A stretch of DNA of 64,000 nt, from NCBI GenBank assembly GCA_000004985.1, contig GG738846.1; one strand, given 5' to 3'. Within the stretch, counting starts at the first letter, position 1. Each line of letters begins with the position of its first letter. Origin of the DNA: Naegleria gruberi (Eukaryota). A program made the position numbers and the translations under genes. Below, piece after piece: positions 43,617 through 52,927 of this stretch. The notes under the pieces were generated by a model. That model was given only the letters and a program-made list of their open reading frames with translations, searched no databases and was not told the origin of the DNA.

Positions 43617-44218
43617 ATGAACAAGTTAGTTGCTTCATCTGCCTCTCGTGCTGTATTGTCAAAGAAGAGTGCTCCACTCATTTCTGCCTCATTCAAGTTT
43701 AATTCTGTTCAGAGTCAAACCAGATTTATTCAAACTTTGAGAAAGAAGAATAATCCAGGTTTCTTTGATGTTGTCTCCGGTATTGTAAGTAAACATTAAG
43801 GCTTACCCAATAACTGAAATAATATCACTATCAAATATTACTGTACATGTGTGATGTATTTTCATGTTAATAGTATGAAAACAATAATAGTTACAAACTT
43901 GACTTGAAGCCATTCGAATTCAGAGAAGGTGAACCATTCTTCTTGTACAATTATTTGGGTGTCGTCATTATTACTGTCCCAGCTACATTGGCTCTTCTCT
44001 TGTCATTTGCCTTCTTGATTTGGTACACTCTTGAAGATTCTCAAGTTACTAGAACTCGTTCAAATCCTCATCCATTCCTTGAAATTAAGAATGGTTTGGA
44101 CATGACAAAGACCTATGTTCCATTCTTGACTGGATCCATCAAGTATGGTATCTTGAATGCTGATTACAAGATGTTGTTCTGGAATGAACTTAACAGAGCC
44201 AAGAATAGAGATCTCTAA
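43617..44218 (+). CDS. Small mitochondrial-type single-pass membrane protein (possible respiratory-chain or ATP-synthase supernumerary subunit), 2 exons: join(43617..43784,43874..44218)
   Basis: N-terminal presequence-like region (MNKLVASSASRAVLSKKSAPLISASFKFNSVQSQTRFIQTLRKK: basic, hydroxylated, no acidic residues). An 89-bp intron GTAAGT..gttaatag (phase 0). Exon 2 has one TM helix (GVVIITVPATLALLLSFAFLIWY). Exact family not recognised. Confidence 0.45.
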
Positions 44219-44386
44219 ATCATTTAATTCAAACAGAGTTAAATAATAAATTGTACATTGTAAATAGTAAATTCTCCTTGGAAATCAAGTTATCCACTAT
44301 CTTTAGCTTCATCCAATTATACTGTTACTAAAATATTCATATCATTCCACTATTACAAGATTTAAATTGGTTAGTTTATTGTACAA

Positions 44387-45796
44387 TTAGTTAATACCAC
44401 AATAAGCATTAATAAGTTCTTCGAATATTGTTGCTTGAGAGTTATTTTGGCTTAATACAGCTTCACACAATCCTGGGAAGTCAGACTGGTAATTGTAAAG
44501 TTATATAAAAATTAGTGCCAACCAGTAGTACTTACAGATAAGCTCAAATAATCAGTCAAGAAGAGCAATAAATCAAAATCTGAAACTCGTTGAACGAATT
44601 TTTGAGATCTTCTTTCCAGAAGAACTGACTTGAGTTCCACCATATTTTGGAACATTTCATTACCTGGTCTATTTCTTGGAGGGAAGCCAACTTGGAAGCT
44701 ACTCTTGTGTGGAGCAATAGCAACGTTACTCACTAATAATAAAGCATCAATATCATTTGTCATTTTTCTTTCTATTTCGACTTGCTTCTTAGCAATTAAG
44801 AATTCTAGATTTTCTGGATTCTCCGAAAGCAAACCCTTTTCCCAAAGTTCTACACATTGTTTGCTAACTTGATAGGCTTCGAATTGAATTTCTCCAATCT
44901 CGTTTGCTATTCACATTGTATAAAATCAAAAAAAGTAAATACTACTTACGACAAGCTGTAATTGTTACAAATGAAGGGCCATATTTTGATTGATATTCTG
45001 CAGCCTTGATAATTTCAGGACCTAACAATGGATACTCTCTTTGTCCGTCATGTGAAAAAATCCAACCCACTTTCTTCATTCCCAACATGGATGCCAAAGT
45101 GTCAGCTCTATCATTAAAAACTGTATCTTCGACTTGTTTGAATCCTTCAGGCGTACTGTCTTGTTTTGGTTCAAATAATACCTTAATATAAACATCCAAA
45201 TAATCATCATCCACATTAATGTTTTCATCCTTTGTGGCCTTCTTTTTTTCTTCTTCTGTTGGTTGTGGCTTCTTTCCTTCTTTTGTTTCACCGTAGAGGA
45301 AGGCAAATCTTTGGAATTGGAATCTAGTTTGAAGGAGGAATTGTTGGAATGATTGACCTACTAATTGATCCAAATAAGCAGTCGAACAAATGGCATACTT
45401 TTGATGTTTGATTGTAATTTTAACTTGATTTACAAGATCTAAATATTCACTCAAAGTCCAATGCTTTTTTCTTTCTCTCAAACCCAAATTATCCAAATCT
45501 TCACTATCCCTAAGTTGACTCTTTTTTTCCTCTTCAACTTCTTGTTTTGATTTGTGTTGAGTAGTATCATAAACAAATTCAATCATATCACCATGTTTTA
45601 ATTGAGAACCTTGAACTGTATCAGTGTTTTTCAGTGGTGTCTTTTCGCGGAACTTGGTAACAGAAATACTTGAGTGAGGAATTGATGTTTCCTTTTCGAT
45701 GAGTTTTTTGATATCCAAAACTGTTTGATCTGCTGATAATTCTAAACGGAATGTACCGTCCTTTCCTCTTGCTCTAATCAACAACATATTGTACAC
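44387..45796 (-). CDS. NPL4: NPL4 homologue (Cdc48/p97 cofactor), compact, 3 exons: complement(join(44387..44485,44536..44906,44950..45796))
   Basis: UBX-like N-terminus MLLIRARGKDGTFRLELSADQTVLDIKKLIEKE, similar to human IIIRVQSPDGVKRITATKRETAATFLKKV. MPN-core motifs FAFLYGETKEG and LGMKKVGWIFSHD. TITAC|PNEIGEIQFEAYQVSKQCVEL and FPPRNRPG ... DFDLLLFL align with the NPL4 C-domain. Introns are GTAAGT..gtgaatag (43 bp) and GTAAGT..aattaccag (50 bp). The Cys-rich zf-NPL4 segment appears replaced by a charged linker. Confidence 0.7.
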
Positions 45797-46207
45797 TTAA
45801 AATTCCACTGGAAATCCTTTTCTTCGGAGAGTAATAAATTGTTTGAAAACTTGGTAATATCCAATAACTATAAAATCACACAACAATAAAAATCTTCTCG
45901 TTCTTGCGTTTCAGAGAGGCTATGAAAATTCGAGAGAGAGAGGGCACAACTTTTTCAATATCAAGATGTTCCTCTTTTTTGTTTGAAGAAAAAAATTTAA
46001 AATTAGAACAAAGCTTCCGTCTCAAAGCCTTCTCTTATCATCTTGCAAGATTACGAAGATAATAAACAGTTCGTTACCTTACCACTTTACATTGTAAAGA
46101 GTTCATAAAGTTGTTTGGAAGATATTGTTATTCTTATTGAATTTGTCCAGTATCTTGCGAGAGCAATAATAACAGATTAAAAAGAATTAAAAACAAAATA
46201 TTTAAAA

Positions 46208-46807
46208 ATGAAACAAACATCATCGCTGTCGGAAACCTTTGCATTTGTTAATAGTGATGAGGATGAACCCAAGTCGATCTTTTTGGACATTGAAAAGAGT
46301 AGTGATGAAAAATTAGCAGAGCAAGAAATTACACAAAAACGAAAGAGAAAAATAGAGGAAACAATTAATTATTTTAATTCGATTAAAAAACAAAAGAATC
46401 AACAACAGGCTAATACACCTCCATTTGATGAGGATGATATGTGTTTAATTACTTTGGAAAAGGATAATTTATTAGAGTTATCGGATTTATCGGATGATGA
46501 TAGATCAAAGAAGGATGAAACCAAGATTAATACAAAACAAGTTGTACATAACAAGGCCTCAAAATTGGATCAAGCCTTGTCGAAATTGAATGAAAAGAAA
46601 AAATCTACAATTTCACAAAGTAAACAAGATTGGAAACAATATAAAGAAAAGGAGGGAATTGAGCACGAGTTGAAACAATACACCAAAGATGGTTATTTGG
46701 AAAAGCAATCATTCCTTGAAAGAACAGAAATGAGAGAGTTTGAAATTGACAAGGATTTAAGAAATGCCGAAAGAAAGAGAAAAGAACAACAAAATGCCAA
46801 CAAGTAA
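46208..46807 (+). CDS. BCNT-C domain protein (CFDP1/Bucentaur, Swc5-like SWR1-complex subunit)
   Basis: C-terminal ~75 aa match BCNT-C: KSTISQSKQDWKQYKEKEGIEHELKQYTKDGYLEKQSFLERTEMREFEIDKDLRNAERKRK. Acidic N-terminus. Divergent from the NPL4 gene (412-bp spacer). Confidence 0.65.
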   Translation: MKQTSSLSETFAFVNSDEDEPKSIFLDIEKSSDEKLAEQEITQKRKRKIEETINYFNSIKKQKNQQQANTPPFDEDDMCLITLEKDNLLELSDLSDDDRSKKDETKINTKQVVHNKASKLDQALSKLNEKKKSTISQSKQDWKQYKEKEGIEHELKQYTKDGYLEKQSFLERTEMREFEIDKDLRNAERKRKEQQNANK

Positions 46808-47320
46808 CAGAATTGAGTTTATGGAACCAATGCAAGGAAAAATTCACTAACCTATCAGGTTGTAAAGTTTATACTCATTTGAATCTTTGGAGTCTGAATT
46901 GCCAAAATGAAATAACTCATCTTCAATAATTAATTACCTAAACATTTAAGTCTAACACAAACCAGAAAGTTTCTACACTTGAATATCTGCCCTTTTAGAA
47001 ATTTGGAATAAACTGTTCCAATAAACACTACCCTATTCAATATACCTAATGAAAACACATTTAAAGAATCTCCAGTTGTTAATTCATTTATTTTGATATT
47101 CGTTTCATTAGAAACTCAATGATTACCTTCAACTAAATGCAGAAAAATATCAATTATTAAATCTAACCTGAATCTTACTATATTAAAATTCTTACATTTC
47201 AACTTTCTTTCTCATTCAACATTTTACTTTGCCTAGTTTTGTTCCTCTCTTCATTCGAACCAAGTTTGTGCAAAAAAAAATTTCATCAATTTTAAATTAA
47301 GATAAAATTAATAATAAAAA

Positions 47321-48127
47321 ATGGCTCCAAAAACACCAGCTGTTGCTGTTCAAAGCAAGAAAAAAAAGGAAGGCGTAAAAAAGGAAGCTAAGCCTGAAGC
47401 TTCTGAAACTACAACAACAACAAAAGTAGTAGTATCAGAACCAACAACAACAAAAGAACCTGAATCATCAACTACAACTGAAAAAAAAAGAGGAAGAGGA
47501 AGACCATTGTTAACGGATGCTGAAAAGAAAGAAAGGAGTATCCTCAGAAAACAGGCTTATGACAAAAAAAGAGAACCCAAGAAGAATAGAGAACTCACAA
47601 ATCCATGTATTCAAAGGATAGCTCTCAAAGCTGGTGCTCACAGAGTCAATAGTGGTGTTTATGATGTTGTCAGAACAGTCTATAATGAACTTTTGGAAGA
47701 TATTCTCTATCGTTCTGCTATTTTTACTATCCACGGAAACAGAGCCATCATTAAAGCCAAAGATGTCGAGGGTGCCATCACTAGTGAATACTTATCTAAA
47801 ATCCCAAGAATTTATCCAAATGCAAAAGATGCCGAAGCTTTGGCTTCTCTGACAAAGGAAGTTGGAAAGAATGGCTCAAAGGATTACGTTGCTCGTGATG
47901 ATTCTGAAGATGAAGATGAGGAAGAATATGAACCTCAAAAGAAGAAGAAGAAGACTGTGAAGAAAGCTGCTGAAACTCATAACGATGAAGAAGAACACCA
48001 AGAAGAAGCTCCAGCCGAAGAAGAACAAGAACCAGAAGAGGAACCAGAAGAAAAGAAGCCAGCAAAGAAGTCTTCTAAGAAATCTGAAAAGACTGAAAAG
48101 AAGTCTGAAAAGAAAACCAAGAAATAG
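47321..48127 (+). CDS. Histone-fold protein with H4-like fold, AT-hook (KKRGRGRP) and lysine-rich H1-like N- and C-terminal tails plus acidic tract, 268 aa
   Basis: Central segment NPCIQRIALKAGAHRVNSGVYDVVRTVYNELLEDILYRSAIFTIHGNRAIIKAKDVEGAI parallels histone H4 [58 protein letters not shown]. N-tail MAPKTPAVAVQSKKKKEGVKK... with GRGRP AT-hook. C-tail EDEDEEEYEPQKKKKK ... KKSEKTEKKSEKKTKK. Confidence 0.55.
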   Translation: MAPKTPAVAVQSKKKKEGVKKEAKPEASETTTTTKVVVSEPTTTKEPESSTTTEKKRGRGRPLLTDAEKKERSILRKQAYDKKREPKKNRELTNPCIQRIALKAGAHRVNSGVYDVVRTVYNELLEDILYRSAIFTIHGNRAIIKAKDVEGAITSEYLSKIPRIYPNAKDAEALASLTKEVGKNGSKDYVARDDSEDEDEEEYEPQKKKKKTVKKAAETHNDEEEHQEEAPAEEEQEPEEEPEEKKPAKKSSKKSEKTEKKSEKKTKK

Positions 48128-48218
48128 AATTCACAATAAATGGATTGTGTGATTGAAATGTTGCACCTAATTTTACAATTTATAAAACTACACCATTTTC
48201 AATTATTGAAAAAAAACC

Positions 48219-49277
48219 TTAATTCTGTAAAGTTCTCATAACAATATGAAACAAACCCAATTCATGATTTGTTCGGATGCAATTCACTCGATAAACGTTG
48301 AAAGTTCCTTGTAAAAAGTCGTGTGAACGTACTTTGATTTTCAATGAATAATCCCTGACAGCTCCTGGCATTGCTTTACCTGCACTCAATAAATCATAAA
48401 AAGCAATGTAATAGATAATGGATTGAACAACGGCTCCCTTAAGAACAAGTTTACCTGTCACACCCAATTGAGTAGCATAGACAATACTCATACAATTTGC
48501 GCTATATTGATCCAAATGAATATCTTGTGCTCGTCTTGCTTCTGCAGTTGTCAGTATAATTCTGATATATCTAAATGCAAGAGGGGTTTTAGGGTCATCT
48601 TGAGAAACATCAAGAAATGCAGGTGTTTGAGCTCTTGTTGTTTGGACATCATAGAGAATTTTAATTCTCTGTCTTCTTCTTTCTCTAGTTTCCATTCCAG
48701 CTCTTGTGCTTTCTTCGACATAGGTCGGTACAATCAAATGTGGCATATATTTTACAACTTCATATATTTTACCTGATGATTTCTTAATAGTTCCTTTTTC
48801 TGTTAATTCTTCTTGAATTCTCATATCTTCAGCTCTTTTGACTAGAACATCCAATTCGTCCTCAGCAGCATCACCTGCCACATTAGATTTAGAAAAATGT
48901 TCGATTATTTTCCCATTAGTTTCATTGACATCAATAGTAGTATCTAATTTCCTAAACTCTGAAATTGTTCTATCATTATCAAAGGTTGGCAAAGTTTCCA
49001 CTATTTGAATTTTGGGAGAGGGAATTTTAAATTGTCGGAAAGCCTTTTCCAATTCATCAAAATCAATTGAATTATCCACTAGTATTTGTGTTTCTCCAAA
49101 TGATTGATAATTATTATTATTATTTGCATCATGATGATTGTCATCGGAAGAATGATTTATATTTAATTCTGATGGAATTAAATGTTGAATTATTTTCTGT
49201 AACCGATGATATACTTTAGAACCAATAATTGGCGTTATTACTTGATGTTCATGATGATATTCTGTTTTGTGCGACAT
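48219..49277 (-). CDS. Hypothetical protein, 352 aa
   Basis: Uninterrupted ORF with a His/Asn-rich N-terminal third and an ordered C-terminal half (RYIRIILTTAEARRAQ ... GKLVLKGAVVQSIIYYIAFYDLLSAG). No family recognised. Confidence 0.35.
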   Translation of the reverse strand: MSHKTEYHHEHQVITPIIGSKVYHRLQKIIQHLIPSELNINHSSDDNHHDANNNNNYQSFGETQILVDNSIDFDELEKAFRQFKIPSPKIQIVETLPTFDNDRTISEFRKLDTTIDVNETNGKIIEHFSKSNVAGDAAEDELDVLVKRAEDMRIQEELTEKGTIKKSSGKIYEVVKYMPHLIVPTYVEESTRAGMETRERRRQRIKILYDVQTTRAQTPAFLDVSQDDPKTPLAFRYIRIILTTAEARRAQDIHLDQYSANCMSIVYATQLGVTGKLVLKGAVVQSIIYYIAFYDLLSAGKAMPGAVRDYSLKIKVRSHDFLQGTFNVYRVNCIRTNHELGLFHIVMRTLQN

Positions 49278-49744
49278 TGAAGCATTTTTTTTGTAAGATT
49301 TATCAAAATATTCGACCTTACAAAATTAATAATTGTTGACTGACTGACTGAAAATTGAAACAAATAACTGTGCTAATAATACATTATTAATTTTTAGAAT
49401 TAATTGTTAATTATCCATTATTTATTATTGAGATAGCATGGCTATTTAACTAATCCAAATCCGGACGTTATGTTCTAAACCTGGCAATAATTGATACATC
49501 TTTAAATATTGAACCCGCGCTATCCATTTCTGTCGTAATCTAAATGATGTAATTATTGAAATTAATTTTTTTATTGTGTTAGTAGTACTGGGAAGAAGGG
49601 AGGTGAATAATGGTGAAGAAAATGTGTGGAAAGTGTTCAAATTGTACAAATATTGAAAACTCTGTGAGTGGTTCAATAATTCCATGTGATGACAAAACAT
49701 CAATATCACATTACTTTAGGAACAACCATAACAAAGCTAAATGA

Positions 49745-51084
49745 TTATTGTTGTTGACTTGATCCAGGAATAATTCCGGTAGATCCCATAGTGTTTGGAA
49801 CAGAAACACCTCCAACAGAGGCACCTGATTGTGGATCCTCAGCTCTCTTCTTATCCAGTATGACCCAATCATATTCGTAATCCATAACAAACTTTTGACG
49901 AACAAATAAATCACGGAATAACTTTCTTAAATATTGATAATCTGGCTTATCTTCAAATCCTAGAGAACGAGCATAATTGAGATAAGTGGCAAATTCAGGT
50001 GGATAACCTTCACACAAAGTCTTGATACCAGTACTAGTCTTTTTCTCACAAATTCTGTTATACTTTTCCAATTTAGTTCTGGCCTTCAATCCTTGCCATG
50101 GCAATGATCCACGATTAAAGTACATAAAGACATAACCCAAAGATTCCAAATCATCTCTTCTTGATTGTTCGATACCCAAGTGGTTGTTAATACTGGCATA
50201 ACGAGCAGTACCAGTCAAATGTTTGTTATCACGGTATGGAATGTGTACGTGCTTTGAGTCTCTGTACTTCTTGGCCAAACCGTAATCGATGAGGTAGACA
50301 ATTTCTGACTTTTTAGCAGGTCCCATCAAAAAGTTGTCTGGTTTAATATCTCTGTGGATAAAGTTCTTGGCATGCAAGTATTCTACACGTTTCAACATTT
50401 GATCAGCCAACATTAAAACAGTCTTTAAACTGAATTTACGACCACAACGGTTGAATTGTTCTTCGAGAGAGGAACCGAGAAGATCCATAACCATTACGTT
50501 GAAATCTCCTTCGATACCATACCATTTAACCTTTGGAATGCCCACAGCTTCCTCTTCCAGATAGCCAGAACGTCAAAATTATCATGATAATGGGCAGTTT
50601 AAATTTTTGAAGAGTTTGGTGTTGTTAAATATGAATGTATTGTGTTATTCATCATAACAAGTCATAGTAGTAGAAGTAAATATTACCGAGAGTAGTACAA
50701 TTGTAAGAATAGATGACGAGATTGTATACAAAAATGTTGTTATACAATATTGATGGTTGATGTAGTCATCACATCAATACAACAGAATAATAAATTTAAA
50801 ATATTATGGAATAGAGATGATAAATTCAAAGTATTAAAGGACAGGTGTTGGGCTTGTAACCAGCGTTAAAGTAAATGAAACATACCTTTCTTTGAGAGGT
50901 TCAAGAGCTTGAGCAAACGAGCTTCATAGAGAAGTTGTGGATGTTTAGCTTTTCTGTGTTCCAATTTTACAGCAACCTTTTCCAAGGTTTGCTTGTTTGT
51001 AGCAATGAAAATTTCACCAAAGGCTCCACTTCCAATCTTTTTACCGAGAACAAACTTGTCTCCAACTCTATGTTCAATAGACAT
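49745..51084 (-). CDS. Casein kinase I, 2 exons: complement(join(49745..~50538,50886..51084)); intron ~300 bp
   Basis: Exon 1 [61 protein letters not shown], then donor GTATGT at 50885. Exon 2 [29 protein letters not shown] ... [12 protein letters not shown] ... [10 protein letters not shown] ... [29 protein letters not shown]. The exact acceptor (50538 or 50544) is not resolved. Gly/Gln-rich C-terminus. Confidence 0.85.
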
Positions 51085-52077
51085 GTTGTTGTTGTTGTTG
51101 TTATTGTATTTTTAAAACGTTTTTTTTAAAACTTTGAAAGTCTCCCCTAAAGTGGTGAATGAATAAATTCTCGAAAGTGCAATGTCTTCCTTCTGCAAGT
51201 AGTTGATGATCTAAACTTTTGGCGACAAAAGAAAAGCAAGTAGTTGCCGTATTTTTTAGTGAGAGGTGATGAAAACTGGTTCAAGGTTCAAGAGCACTCA
51301 AATCGTCAATGGCATGATTCATTGAAAAATTTAATTGGCGGGAAATCTTATAATGATGGGACATGTAAGAAAGAACTCTACAGTAGTATTAGTGGTGGTG
51401 CTTACAACATTATGTAACAATTATTAATATTAGGATGAATACTTTTGCAGGTATATGTTGATAATTTATCACATTCGAATTTCCTTAATACAAATATTAA
51501 TTATTAATATTCATAGACTAACATTAATAGGAACATAAAGTGTTGAAGGGAGTGGAGGTCAAGGGATCAATATATAGTATTTAGACTTTCGTTTATAATT
51601 GAACGTCATCCTAATTCCAAAGTGAGTTCATGAAAGGGGGTGTCGAAGATTTACCATTGGGAATGCCTCTAAAAAACCAAGTATTGTGAAAAAGATGGGA
51701 GAGATTGGCTTTCCAACAAGTTCAGAAGAACTTGAAAAGAGAATTGTACCAATTGGATACTATGGAAACTTCTTTCTTTTGCTTTCTATGCTCTTATATT
51801 GGAAAAGCTTTATTACTTAACTTTAAAACTTGTGGAATACCTTGGTGAAGAATCCTAACTTTACACCAACAAAACAATCAAGTTTTAACATGCACAAACT
51901 CTCTCTCTGTTTAAAGGAAAAGCTGTGAATTATCAGAATCTCAATCATTGATGCAGATAAGGTGGAGAGTTCCAATTTCTTTAATTGTTCAAAGACTAAG
52001 GTGTTTTACAATGAATTTTCAAATGTTAAATGTGATTATAGATCTCAATTAATCAACTTTCATTACAAGTTGACAAA

Positions 52078-52849
52078 ATGAATGAAGAAAGTTATTCGAA
52101 TCCATTACTAGCTCTCCAAACTAAACTTGATACCGTACAACATTACAAACCATTTCAAGAAATTAAAAATTCAATCTCAATTAAACAAATTGATTGGGAA
52201 AAGGAATGTTTAAACATTATCATTTGTGGAGAAGGAGCTGTTGGAAAAACAACATTAATTCAAAATTATTTTATGGAGAAATTCCTGTCTTTTACAATGA
52301 TGGAGTTTATAATGAAAACTTGATTAAATATATGGATGTGGATACAAGGAAACATGTCAAGGCATTGGTGTTGTGGATACTGAAGGTCAAGAGTAAGTTG
52401 GTTGAAAATTTTCCAATTGACCAGTGTGAGAAAATTAGAGATTATGATCGATTGAGACCTCTTACATATCCAGAAACAGATTTGTTTTGTATTTGTTTCA
52501 AGAATACGATCTAGGTCTTTCAATAAGATTCCATCTCGGTGGTTTCCAGAAATTAATCATCACTTGCCAAATTCTCCAATTGTTTTGGTGGCCTGCAAGA
52601 TTGACTTGTCAAGAGATGAAGAAATGAAACGAATGAGATATAGATATTTTGATTCTCCAGTTAAACATGAAGATGCTATTAAAATGGCCGAGAATATTGG
52701 AGCAGTAACATATATTGAAACATCAGCTACAGGAGGGAAATATTTCAGATTTTGCAGAGATTATTACTAAATCATATACCATGTTTAGAGATGCCAATTA
52801 TCCAAAGTCAAAGTCAACGAAGAAGAAGAAGAAATGTGCTATTTGTTAG
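52078..52849 (+). pseudogene. Rho/Rac-family small GTPase locus, at least 4 frame disruptions (probable pseudogene)
   Basis: Recognisable pieces: P-loop GEGAVGKTTLIQNY (frame 1), GEIPVFYNDG...ALVLW (frame 0), DTEGQE (frame 2), 46-bp intron GTAAGT..aaaattag (52393..52438), DYDRLRPLTYPETDLFCICF (frame 0), RIRSRSFNKIPSRWFPEINHHLPNSPIVLVACKIDL...AVTYIETSATG (frame 1), GNISDFAEIITKSY...KKKKKCAIC with CaaX (third frame). The shifts lie at ~52270 (T-run), ~52376 (between LW and DTEGQE), ~52500 and ~52737 (extra G). The conserved switch-I Thr is also absent (IPVF instead of PTVF). Confidence 0.55.
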
Positions 52850-52927
52850 ATTTCAACAATCCAAAATCTCTTCAATGTTGATTTTTGAATTTTCTTCTCC
52901 AATTAATAATCATCATCATGATTACTA

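Noticed and set aside
44630-44872. ORF 44630..44872 (+) and 45006..45191 (+)
   Set aside because: Antisense to NPL4 exons 2 and 1 respectively. No support.
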